Positions 40,260 to 52,626 of a stretch of DNA of 64,000 nt are shown one piece after another. The number at the start of each line of letters is the position of its first letter. The stretch's first letter is position 1. This stretch comes from Phoronis australis (lineage: Eukaryota; Animalia; Phoronida), in the NCBI GenBank assembly GCA_002633005.1, contig NMRA01000571.1:199418-263417 (forward strand), written 5' to 3'. The notes below the pieces were generated by a model, which did not search any database, was not told the DNA's origin, and was given only the letters and a program-made list of their open reading frames with translations. Made by a program: the position numbers and the translations under genes.

Positions 40260-41150
40260 CGACCCTGTGAAAAATGACCCCGGCTACTTTTTTTTCACCA
40301 TTTTTCTAAATTTAATGTGAAGAATTTTAGCCCATGAAAAAATGACCTCACGTCCGTGAAAACTCGTCCCGTCACTATTAAACGGTTCCAAAGGCGGATC
40401 CGGAATTTTGATTTGGGAGGAGGCAAGGCAGAGGATCACATGCGCGCACCCAGTCTAAAATGTAGGGGGAGGGGGTCGAATTTCGCGATATGTGGTATTT
40501 TACTGGAACAAAAAGACGATTACTAAAAAAACGGGGCACTAGGTTCAACCCCGTGCATTGTGCATTCGCGACGAATTCCTGTGGACTTTTGTCTCGTTTC
40601 CTCGGACTTTTTGCTTCTGTAAGGAGGACCTTTTGGCCCACTTCGTCACATGGCGGGCTCAAAGAGCCCCCTCCCCCCGGGTGCGCGCATGTATTAGCCA
40701 AGAGTTTGCCCGTCGGACTTTCGCCGAACTGCCACATGGAATCTGGGAGAATTTTAGGGAAGTCTTGGCCCCCTTCTAAATTCGCTGCTGGGTACCTCTG
40801 CAACAGGGGCTTGGGTTAAGCAGACACAATACCCCCAATTGGCGATCTTTCAACAATGTTCGATACGCGGATGTTTAGGTCTGGGGGTCACCTGAATAAC
40901 GCGCGGCAAGTGAAAATCTTGCTTTTTCGATGCATGCCGCAATTAGGGAGTGAAAGTACTGAACGGCGTGCAGACCAGGAATACGATGTGGGGAAGCTGG
41001 GCTGAAGCGAAAACAACCACAATTTTTCGAACAGTCCTTCGTTCAGTTGCCCAACTTGGCAACTGGCCATTTTTACACTGCATGCTCGTGCCAGGATATG
41101 ATATCTGACTACTGAACTGCATGAAGACTAACCCAAACCACTTGGCCACA
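40260..41150. mobile_element. DNA-transposon relic sharing its end with 13905-14039 and an internal segment with ~28950-29000
   Basis: Minus-strand ATGGCCAGTTGCCAAGTTGGGCAACTGAACGAAGGACTGTTCGAAAAA resembles ATGGTCAGTTGCCGATTTGGGCAAATGAACGAAGCACTGCTCGAAAAA at ~28950-28997. Confidence 0.5.
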
Positions 41151-41779
41151 TGTTAATAATCTTCCTATCGCAGCCAAGTTTTCTTACTATAAAAGTCAAA
41201 TTTGGAATCGTGAGACCTGAGGCCAAGCGTGCAACGGGGATGAATTTATTCTAAATTTCTCGGCTGAGGGACGAGCAGTACGTATATCAGATTAAGGGCG
41301 GGGATGAATAGGAACGGTTCAAAATAATGTGTGGGAGCGGGTTGATCTCTTTGTGAGCACATAATTACACGGTGGGGGAATACTACAAAACGCAGACAAG
41401 TGCCTAGTGCTTGATCGGGGGTGACTTAATTCAGATCCGTGAGAGAGGAATATCGTGCGTGAGAGAAGAATATTTGTCCGTTGGCAATCCCGAGCGATGC
41501 ACAGGAGAGGAATTGAGTCTGTCTTCTTTGCTTTTTACATTACGGAATTCTCCCGTTTAGTCCAACTTGTCAGGTTGTGTAGCACAAGTTGGGCGGATGA
41601 CCCCTGTACAAAGCTAATATTTTACACCGACGACTAATTAAGTCCATTCTGGCAATTAGGGTTGGAGGGTCAGCTCTCTTTTGTTCAATAGTTGCTTTAA
41701 TCTCCAATAAGGTCATATCTTATTGTCTCACTAAAGCTGTGGTGTTAAAAATAAGTTTAGTTATAAATTGTTTGAACAT

Positions 41780-42216
41780 AAACCAATGACATTTCTAAAT
41801 TCTCCGGCCAAGAGATCTTTTATCTATGCAGCTGCCTATTATGGAATTCTCATAGCCCAGAAATTAAACGCTCCACTTCAATTACTACCTTCAAAGTAAA
41901 TATTAAAAAGTGGCTGTAATTTACCTATCCTTTTATACCCTGCCTGTCTTAATCATGTCATTTTTTCATTGTCGTAAATACTCTCACTGTCTAGAGTCAT
42001 CTCTTAATTTATTTCATCTTCGTCATTTAGTTATAGTCTTAATTCTCAACCTGTTTTAATTGTAACTTTGTTACGTACATTTTATTGTTGTTTTATTACT
42101 TCATTGTATTGTTGTACTGTTTTTCTTGCTGAGGGCCCTCATGGAAAGCAGTGCTATCACTGAAGAGGCCACCCTCATTTTAAATATCACAATAAATAAA
42201 AAATAAATAAATAAAA
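41780..42216 (+). mobile_element. L2/CR1-group (Crack-like) LINE 3' end
   Basis: Frameshifted ORF2 tail GQRSF..AA..WNS..EIKRSTSITTFKVNIKKWL*, T-rich UTR, GAGGGCCCTCATGGAAAGCAG..CCCTC stem and (AATA)n tail. Confidence 0.75.
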
Positions 42217-43261
42217 TACTGGTTGAGATCTTCTTTTAGTTTAATATTTTCCCTATCTACTGATTGAGACTTAAAAAACGCATATAAGTGCAACATCACA
42301 ATTTTTATGTTTGTGGAAAAATCACACTCTTCCGCCTTTTTATTTGTTTGAAAAGAGCAATTTACCCCGTTTGTTTACACGGTAATTAGCCGTGTCACGT
42401 GACTAGTAACACTCTCCAATATGGCGTCAAGTCGTCTGCTGCAGTAGCGCGCCCGGTCTTTAGTATAAGATGTTTATGCTTGAAGTAATCAAAATCCAAA
42501 CTGTACAGGGCGGCGTGAATGTAATCAATGCCGCACTGTTTTTGATTGGCTTTAAACCATTTACAGGCGGTTATGATACGGGTACAAAACTTTATGAAGG
42601 AGTAACTTCCCCGCCCGCCAAAGTTATTCGATGTGACACGCCGTTCCCTTCTCCCGTGCCATTTGGCATCACCTGAGAAAAAGGCTCTCCGCGCGCAAAT
42701 CAACTTTGGAAGGTGTTAACTTGGCAACACATTTCCACCAGGCGATTGTTCGTTTCAAATAGAATCATTTCACAGCCACTGCGCTTAAGCTGTAGAAATG
42801 AAAACAAAAAAATCAAACGTTCAGTACAGAAAATGTCATATTTTTCTCACTGTGTGAATACATGTCAGTTATCCACGCATGCCGTGATCACGTGAACACG
42901 AGTTCTGATGAACTATATTTTTGCAATGAAATTTGATTAACTGGTAAACATTCACAGTATGCAGTGTGCGGGAAAGAATATTTTGGTTTAATTTCATACA
43001 GAGGTGCACTGCGACAGGAAATAAGGTGCGGAGGATAATGGGTCCCTTTCGTGCTACCTGTAACCCACTCACCGTTTTGCCGTCGTTTCACGATTAAAAC
43101 TGTTCTTGGTGGCTATGACAACTGGTGAAATGTGCTCAAGACAGCAGCGAGATGTCCCTTTAATAAACAGAGTACTATTCAAAGGTTTAAAAGCGCTGTT
43201 TGCGGTGAAAGTGTGTCACAAATGAATGTAGTTATCTCAGGTTTGATGTTATTAATATATA

Positions 43262-43571
<310 letters not shown>

Positions 43572-43781
43572 GAATTGGAAATAAAATACAGACTCAATCT
43601 TCATAATGTCTATTTCACTTTCGAAAAAACAGAGTTTTGCCCAAAGTCGCAGTGAATTAAAACTCGACAAAAGCAGCACCCAGTTAGCAAGTTCACGAGT
43701 GTCAGTACTGTTATGAAACGATTAAAAAGGAAGTTGTAGAGCAAAATAAACGTTATGAAATAAATAGAACCTCGCCATAGC

Positions 43782-43822
43782 CAAAGATTTTATAGTTACC
43801 TAAGAGGGATATAGTATCTTTG
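43782..43822. mobile_element. 41-bp micro TIR element CAAAGAT..ATCTTTG with 7-bp near-perfect TSD
   Basis: CCATAGC|CAAAGAT...ATCTTTG|CCGTAGC; absent from the paralogous repeat copy at ~28270-28350. Confidence 0.65.
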
Positions 43823-44627
43823 CCGTAGCACCATGTAATCGATATGTCTGTTTTTGTACATGGTTAAAAACAACTTGTGTTCCCTTCTGTACACGTCACG
43901 TGATGACAGAGTGTGACTTACGTAAACGCAACCCAGTCTCTCAATAAATTTTAACACTCCCGCGACGTGGTGTGTGCCGATCCGACGGTATCAAATTACC
44001 CGAGGGAAAATACGAACTGAGTGGAGCTGTATCAAGCATGCAAGGTTCAAATTTATTATTTTCATATTAGATGAATCTCTATTAATTCATTAATAAGCTA
44101 ACCAATTTTAGGGGCATTGTCGTGTCAAGTATTTTTTGAGACTTGACGATGACAGGTTTTCTTTTCAAGGTGTAAAAGGCGCGGACGACGCCGGGAGGAA
44201 CAGTTTGTGATAATTTTTTCAAATCAAAATACGTCACGTCATGCCTATTCACTTCAATAAATGTCGCAAGTGTAAAAAGTTATTGAGATACTGGAACGCG
44301 TTTGCGCGGCGCACAACGAAAGTGTTAAGATGAACAAACTACACATTCCTTGAACAGGTGTTAAAAAGGTGGACCGTCTAGTTATAGCGATCAGTCAAAA
44401 ATGTACCATCTTTGGGCATAAATGTACTAGTTTTTGAAAATCTTTTATTCGAATTTTTAAACAAAAACCTTTCAAAATTACCATGTGGTCTTGACTCAAA
44501 GTTACAGATAAGTTTTTTTTTAAATACATCTATTATTTATTTTATAAAACATCTCATCAAAACATTATTACAAACATTTATTCAACCAACTGGTGGTCCA
44601 GGTGTGTTATGGTCCAGGTGTGTTAAA

Positions 44628-47404
44628 TTAGTTATCAATATATTTGAACTCCTTCACATTACCTCCCTGCTCCAGTACATACACCTGCCCTGGGCCTGAT
44701 GTACATATGGCTGTAGGACTGGAAACATCATCCTCAGTGGTGATCACATCTGCACTTGCAGGGGTCAATAGAATTATACGGTGATTGGAGTCCTTTGAGT
44801 CAGCCAGGAGAATGTGGCCGAACTGATCCACACACACACCGCGCGGCCTACGCAGTTCATCACTGAATGCGTGTATAACGGCCGGCTGTGTGGGGTCAAT
44901 TACATACACACAAGGGGGTTTCCACTGGCTCACCACCAGATGTCTAGAGTTCTCATCGACACATATGTAGTGCGGTGAGAACTCATTCAGACCAAGGGAG
45001 TCGGCGTCTATTTGATGAGTGACCTTACACTCAAAGTCAGTGTACATCACCCGTCCACCCTGTGTATCTGCCACTATCAGCTGGTCGACGTGACATGTAA
45101 TGCGCCCCATGTTTCTATACAAACCTGGGTAGGCCTTCACCAGTTGACCAGTGGCGTCACACTTGACAACACCGTGAATGCCGAGGTCGGTGATGAAGAT
45201 CTCACCAAGTGTATTACATGTCACATCACAGGGGGACCGCAGTCGGTGTTGGGTTTGGTTTAGCGTTAATTTGAATGTAAAGTTGTTTTTATCAAACACT
45301 TTGACATTCTTGTTCTTACTGTCTGTAACAACAACCACCCCATCACCCACTGCCAGTCCCACACAACAGCCTACCTCCTCCCCCTCAAGCATACTGCTAA
45401 ATCTCCGCTCAAGTTGAACATGTTTAACAGCCGATTGAGGGCCCTCACGGTGGACAGGTGATTTACTGTAAACTGCAACAACTGAGGCAAATTTTTCAGA
45501 AAATTTGGATAAAATGCTTTCGTCTTCTAACTCTGCAACAATATTTACAGTTAAACCAGGGACTGCAATTCTCTCTGGCTGTAATTTAATCACTCTTTTC
45601 TTCAAATGCGTCACAATTTGACTAATGTTAAAGTTCTCAAGACGCAATCTAATTTCCTTAAATTGCTGTAGTTTCTCGACATCTTGTGCTGACTCAAGAA
45701 CGCTATTTACATATTCTAACAAATGAGCAAACTTTTCTTTGTTCAGTTTGAACTCCTTATACCCATCTTCTGCCTGTTTTTTCATCGCCGTTACCTTCTT
45801 ATTCAGCTCATCCATGGCATTTTTTTCATGTTTCTCGATTTCTTGCGGAGGAGTCACTGTCACTGCCTGCAAGGCGCTGTAAAGCTCTTTTATTTTACTC
45901 TCACAATCTTTCTGTTGATGTTCCAAACTTTCCAGAATTTGTTTTTGCTTTTCACACATCATTTCGTAGTGTTCTGGGACATCTTTCCAAGGTTCCAGCA
46001 ATTCACGCATGACTGCTTTGGCGTTTCTTGCAGCTTCTTTAGTATTTTTTACTTTGTGATCGTTATGACTCGAGGTATTGCAATCTAAACATATCGGAAT
46101 CTCACACTGTTCGCAATAAAGTTCCAAAAGTTTGCTCTTGTGAACAGAACAATTTATTTTTTGGTGACATCGAATATGCTGAAAATGCTTTCCGCTCTTC
46201 ACTTCCTCTAGGCTAACCACTCGATGTGTCTTTGTATGGCGGCGATGGCTTTTTGCACAAGATTCGCATAAATGGTCATTGCATTGAGTACAGAGTGAAG
46301 TAGCTTGCACGTCCTGACCGTCACTTTTACAGAAATCACAAGAGATGCTACCCTCTTTCGGAAAAAGTTCGCCTAGGCCTAAAAGATGATAACTTTTTTT
46401 GAATCCAGACACGCCTTCCTTTGGTATGGCAAATTCGTCCTTACACATGGGACAGGAAAATTTGCCATCTTTTCCAGTCTCCGCCATGTGCTGTTCCAAA
46501 CATGCTGTGCAGAATGCGTGCATGCAGGGTAGACCTCTTGGGTCAGTAAACTGTTGCAGACATATGGGACACTGCAACATTCGCCGTATCTGGTCAATCT
46601 TCTCTGGGGACAACGTCTCCTGTAGAGAAAAACAAGAAATGAACATATTTCATTGATTATTGACTACAGGTTCTGAACTTAAGTAAATATCGTATATGCT
46701 CGTATTTAGGTCTATGCACCTATGGCCATTCAAAAGTAGACACACGCGCCTATATATTAAACGTAACCGATACAAAGCGGCAACTGTTGCAACAACCATT
46801 TCAAGCCACGTTTCGTCTGAATCGGGCATTGTCACGCCAAGTTGGTTACGTAATACTGTCACCGTAGGTTTCCATTTTTGTTACGGTAACGAATTTTATA
46901 AGAGGGATAAGCCAAAACCGACTTTCGTTTTTAGCCAGGGAAACAGGGCGAATTTCAACTTTACTTAATCAGAACAAAAAATTGTCAGAAAACATGAAGA
47001 GAGGGAATTTTAAATATTTACATTTAGTATTGGAAGCCACTTGTGCCTGTAAGTGGTGCACAGGCGCAACACTAGAGCAACAATATGCTTCTGAAAAACA
47101 TATTCCTTTGGGTCAGGGCGCATAGGCCGAAAACAATAACACAGTAAGTCACTCTTGACTAAAGCAACATAAAATTCCTTTCTTGGGATTTCTCTTCCAT
47201 TCAATCTTTTGACATACTGAATATAAACAAACCGTCAGTGATTTTCCTATTGCATGTATACATGGCACCTTTACGAAGGAGTGTAGTGTAGTACAACAGT
47301 AACCTCCTTGCCTATAACTTTCTGCTCACGTGCACACAATATTTACTCACTTTTACATCCTCCTCTTCTTCATCTTCATCTTCTACCTCTGCCCCTTTCA
47401 CCAT
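44628..47404 (-). CDS. TRIM-NHL-type E3 ubiquitin ligase (RING, B-box1, B-box2, coiled coil, NHL-like beta-propeller; TRIM56/TRIM2/3-like), 2 coding exons
   Basis: Exon 2 46619-44628: CPIC..LPCMHAFCTAC..CPMC; CDFC..CTQC..LCESC..H..H; CSVH..YCEQC..ICLDC..H..H; heptad-rich segment; repeats SPCDVTC, PRGVCVD..GHILLAD, SPTAIC. Acceptor TTTTTCTCTACAG ends at 46620. Exon 1 47404-47351 (MVKGAEVEDEDEEEEDVK) with GTGAGT donor joins in phase 0. Confidence 0.93.
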
Positions 47405-47515
47405 CTCAAAGAAATTGCCAGATCAACTGTTTTCAACTTCTCTTTTTTTCTTGATGAGAGGCCAACTGCGCTTCACTGTTGAGTTGGTCGTCTGCGCATA
47501 ACTTCGTGGCGCGCG

Positions 47516-47542
47516 TTTATTTATAGCCTGCTGCGTGACTCA
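47516..47542 (-). promoter_or_regulatory. Candidate TRIM core promoter: TATA box and AP-1 site
   Basis: Minus-strand TATAAAT (47519-47525) ~115 bp upstream of the ATG; TGACTCA at 47536-47542. Confidence 0.45.
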
Positions 47543-48657
47543 CGCTCCGTCATGGCTGGGTTGCAAAAATATCAGCTTACGTTTTGTGAAAGACCCTCGA
47601 GACGCCAGGTGTGGGTTTCGGGGAGGCAAAAATATTGATGTAGCTTATTTAATCACAATTCGTTTTTTCAACTTGAATGCGCCTTCGTTCTTTCTACATC
47701 GCGTACTTGTTAAAACTTTCTTTTTGTCTATTCAAGTGCTAAGACGACCGCGGTGGTGTTTTGATTGCCATATTATTTGTTCAAACTGTTCTTGCAAATG
47801 GTAACTTGAACCGCTTTTAGAATATTAAACAATCCTATATTTCAACTGACTGTTTTAGCACAGTTTTCACAAGCCAATTGTGACTCGGAACAATTTTGTA
47901 GTTACAAATAGCGTGTATTATTCTTCCATACTTCACGGTAGTTTAATGCCCCCAAAAAATATCGATATAACACCATAAACCTTGGCACACAACCAAAACA
48001 GCAAACAAGTCAAATCAAATTATTGAAAAGACACAAGCCACAAGCCGCCTTAACGTCTTTACTAAAATAATTATAAAACTTCACGAAAGGAATTTCACCG
48101 CAACCAGTCTTGTTTACAGCGGCTACAAACGCACATTGCAGCTTAAAAAATTAGAACACTTACCGTCACGAACTTGTTCTCAAATTATTTGAAATAAGTG
48201 ACGGTTTCTTAATATGTGAGATCATGCTCAGAGTTGGCTCTTCACAGTGTGTACAAGTGGATTTGTCACAGCGTGTAATCTCCAAACAGGATTTAAAGAA
48301 ATAACGAAATCACTTCTCATCTGAGTAAGGAATAAACTGAGACTAATTTTGTAGAGATAATTTTTTTAAGCCTAGAATCAGTTTTTTCGACGGAACACTG
48401 GCTTATTGTCGTTTTAAACTTATTCACAAATGCTTTGTTACATATTTATAACGAAATGTTTTCAAAATAAACTTAACAGCAGTATCAAGAAATTCGGCCC
48501 GATTGATCGAAAGAATGGAAGTTTGAAGAACTTTAAGACCACTATTTGTTAATTACCCTAGTGGAATATTTCTGATGGTCGATATTTTTGCACTAGTGTC
48601 ATACGAATAGTATTTCTTTTGAAGATTGTCGATAGAATGCGTTTGTAAGAAACTATA

Positions 48658-49115
48658 CCCGTTCTAAACCCCGTAACTCCATTCAAAAGTCTACTAAATG
48701 CAAGCCGTTATATGCTTGCAGCTCACTGTATTATTTTACTGCAATACATTAGACACCGTAACACTCTTCAAAAAGCCCACAATGAGACGGCCTTCTCTTT
48801 GAGCAAGGAGAACAAGTGTGAAGTGGCGAAACCTGAGAGTTCTGGGATAGCGGTACTTTCAGGTAAGGCTGCCATTTTGTAAATTCGGCGCGAAACACAG
48901 ATTGCCGCTAATCTCCAAGCTGAATAGAAGCGAAAATCTTGGCAACAAGAGTAAACATCGACTTGATAATGGAGCGCACTGTAACACGCATGTAGGGCGC
49001 GTTGAAGAATGTGACGGTGTATAATGTATTGCAGTAATATATTACAGTGAACTGCAAGCATGTAACGGTTTGCATTTAATAGACTCTTAAATGGTGTTAC
49101 GGCGTTTGGAACGGG
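48658..49115. mobile_element. MITE with long (~125-bp) imperfect TIRs
   Basis: CCCGTTC(T/C)AAAC..CCGTAAC..TAAATGCAA..ATGCTTGCAG..TTACTGCAATACATTA mirrored at both ends; TA on the left flank. Confidence 0.8.
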
Positions 49116-49441
49116 AAAAAACTCAACTTTCGAACAGTCTGTAGGGAGTACAATTTTTGATGATCGTGTACAGAGTACCTGTCAATTGAATTAAGATACT
49201 CAAAGTACTGTACATGTATTGTTATCACAAACAAAGATTTCAGAAGGCTTTTTGAATTCAAGTTTAACTGGAACGAACTAAAATTCAAGTTAACAGGAAT
49301 AGGCTTGGAGAATTCCATACAGGGGGACCCCAAACACCACGGCATGCCCGTCTTCCCCATAGTGGCCGTTATGAATCTGCGAGCATGCCTTCGGGAATTG
49401 ATAATTCGCTGGTTCCTGACTTACTTATTTATTGACTTACT

Positions 49442-49492
49442 TGTATGTATGTATGTATGTATGTATGTATGTATGTATGTATGTATGTATGC
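49442..49492. repeat. (TATG)n microsatellite grading into a TG-rich tract
   Basis: Directly visible. Confidence 0.95.
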
Positions 49493-50746
49493 ATGTAAGT
49501 GTGAATGTATATATGTATAAATGTATTTGTGTACGCGTGTTTATATGTGTGTATGTATGTGTCTGTGCGTGCGTACATGCGTGTGTGTGTATGTGAGTGA
49601 GGGAAAGCCCTGCCTTCTTTTCCTTTTTTGTTTTTAGAGTAGTTTTGAAGAATAATATACTATTAAATTAAAAATAAATAAAAAGCAGAGCTCTTTACGT
49701 TGAGAAAATAAGCGAGTAGCCCATTTTGTCTATTTGCAGCACACTGACCTGGTCCTAACATCCCTGGATTTCTACCCCAACCCATGTATTAGTCAAACTG
49801 GTGACAAAATCAAATGTCATAAGACCAGAAATGAAAAACCTTCAGGGCTGGCTTGCGACTAATACATCTTTTTGATATGGATATCAAAGATTTTTACTTG
49901 GTTTTCAGCGTACCAGAAGAATATCTAAGCGTACAATAACAGTTTGTGTCCAATATTGATGAATGGTCTATGAATTTGGCTTGTTGTCCGCGGTTTACAG
50001 TTTGAGAAATCAGCTGGCCATTTTTTATTAGCTCACTACAAAAATTGCATGTACAAGTCATGACGTTGAGCTCACACACGTCCACAAACAAGCTGCGTTC
50101 ATACCGGGAACCAATCAATGATTATTAGAAAAATGAAGGAGCCATAGGGGTCCATTTATCATTGAATTTATTTTGTTCGCAATTTTAGAATATATAAACC
50201 AAAAAATATGTTCAAAGAAATTAAATTTACCGCTATTCCTGTGTTATTCAAAATCCAATTTTGAAAGGAATCCCTAAATGACTAACTAACAATGCAAGAC
50301 CAAATAGATGGGTTAAAACTTCTGGCTCCTTTTTACAAAAAGTGTGCAAGTTCGAAGACAAGATGTCAATTTTACAAAGGAAGTCATTGGAACTAATTAT
50401 TCTGTGAATAACTCTAATCTGGAACTATTTTAGTTCAACATAATTTGCAACACTAACAGAGCCTGTGCGTGTCTTTCTCCACCCTCCACTAGTAAATTCA
50501 TCTGGACAGTCAAGCACGTACATGTACTAACCTTTGTTTCAGAAATATTAACACAAATTTTGAGACAATTCTGACTGTTTTACAAAAGGTGTTTGAGTCC
50601 ATTTCCAGACACGAACACACTGAGTCGGTAGAAACGAGCTCTTTACTTTTTTCATTATGAAACAACCACAATAAATAATTCATGCCTTTGTATTCGTCAC
50701 CAGTCAAATTAAAGAAAATAAACACATAACTTGTATCGAAATTCAA

Positions 50747-50823
50747 TGCTGAGGGCCCCCATGGAAAGCAATGTAAACTGGCGGGGCTTCCCTCTTTGTA
50801 AATATTTCATTAATAACAATAAA
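50747..50823 (+). mobile_element. Short LINE/SINE 3' tail related to 42128-42216
   Basis: TGCTGAGGGCCCCCATGGAAAGCA..CCCTC..TAAATAT..AATAA. Confidence 0.6.
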
Positions 50824-52345
50824 CCTGTACAATGCTCTCGACTAATCTAAAAATACAAAGCCTATGAATATTGATTCCATTGTTGTTTTTGTGAATTGCT
50901 TAAATTCAGTCTATTCAAACTGCAGCACAAAATAATATTGTCTCTTTGTTGCGTTTTGATCAGGTATTATTACCAAACAAATAAATCAATACCTTATATT
51001 TAACTTATTGTCTATAACCTGATCAAGACAACAACAGCCTAGACTCGTTTGGAAGTCAATTTGATAAACATGTCACTGAACATATGAAATGCATTCCTAC
51101 ATTTTAATGCAGGAATATTTTAAGAAAAGCATTTGTGAGTGAGTTATTGATAAGCAGAAAACACTGGTTACTGAGTATCCACGACGGCAAACTGAAAGTG
51201 TTTTCACACATAAGTCTGTATACCAAAAATACGCAACTGCTTTCGATTTCCTCATGCACACTAGTCGATATTTGTGCGGTACGCAAATGAAGTTAAAACG
51301 TGTTTATTTGGATTTGGCATGTGAAAAAAGTCCTTCAGAGGTCCATGTTTAATGGCAAATGTGTATTGTATCGAATTGAAGCAGGTTGTTCTACTTATTC
51401 CTATAATGTTTAGTGAAACCTATCTTCGTTTGAGCCCCTCTCTAGGTGCACGCATGAGTTGGTCAACATCACAGACATCTGATCATCAATAAACACAGTA
51501 ACAGCTGTTAGACGTTTTGCTCAACTCCCATAGAATGTCAATAAAAAGTAACGGTGATAGCTATGTATGATTAAAACTCACAGTATCATCAGTAGACTAC
51601 ATATTAGTCAACAATTCTTAACACTTACATCATAAAACAACAACTGTCAAAGGTTTTGCTTTCAAGTACTACAATTAATCCAGTTAGCTGTGTTTCCGCA
51701 AGTCTCTAATTACATGAAAAACCATAACTCCCAGTCTAAAAAATCAAAACAAATGGCTGGTTCCAAATAGAGAAACCGAAAGCACCGGGATGTTGTTCAG
51801 CAAACAATCACATATACTGGAGCCTTATAATATGCGTTGAACCTTGTTTAGAATGTTAACAACAACATTACATACAAACTTTCATTTTCCAGTTTTGTAT
51901 GTAAGTCTACCCTGGTTACAACAATTTATCACTATGATATAAATAGCAAAGCACAGAACTATTGATGTATAGAACAATAGCATTAGGCCTCTTACTTGGC
52001 AATGTTCTCGCCCGGCATTGGTGAGACTTTACTGTATGCCCGCGTGGCAATTGCTGGCCTTTAAAAGGGGACTGTAGTCAAAATAATGTTGCAGTTAATC
52101 GGTTCTAACATACAAATAAAACTCACATTTGCCTGACTTGCGTGCCAAACTAAAGCCAATTCGAATTCATGGTCAAAACACTGAATTCTGAAAGCGATCG
52201 CTGATTGGCTGATGCGTCAGTGACGTGAACGGCGGGGTATCGGCTGCTTTACACATTCATTGCTTATGTCATATTTGAAGAGTTTACATCGTAATTTATC
52301 ATTGTATCAATCGTCCTTATTTTTTATTGTTTGCCACAGTGCTGT

Positions 52346-52626
52346 NNNNNNNNNNNNNNNNNNNNNNNNNNNNNNNNNNNNNNNNNNNNNNNNNNNNNNN
52401 NNNNNNNNNNNNNNNNNNNNNNNNNNNNNNNNNNNNNNNNNNNNNNNNNNNNNNNNNNNNNNNNNNNNNNNNNNNNNNNNNNNNNNNNNNNNNNNNNNNN
52501 NNNNNNNNNNNNNNNNNNNNNNNNNNNNNNNNNNNNNNNNNNNNNNNNNNNNNNNNNNNNNNNNNNNNNNNNNNNNNNNNNNNNNNNNNNNNNNNNNNNN
52601 NNNNNNNNNNNNNNNNNNNNNNNNNN
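52346..52626. other. Assembly gap
   Basis: Run of N. Confidence 1.

Noticed and set aside
44594-44625. 16-bp exact tandem duplication just past the TRIM stop codon
   Set aside because: A simple slippage duplication in the 3' UTR with no evidence of function.
46620-46646. ORF-track start MFISCFSLQ for the TRIM protein
   Set aside because: It coincides with a pyrimidine tract plus CAG acceptor, and an in-phase upstream exon exists.
45012-46656. Several plus-strand and alternate-frame ORFs overlapping the TRIM gene
   Set aside because: Antisense or shadow ORFs of the long TRIM exon, with no recognisable motifs.
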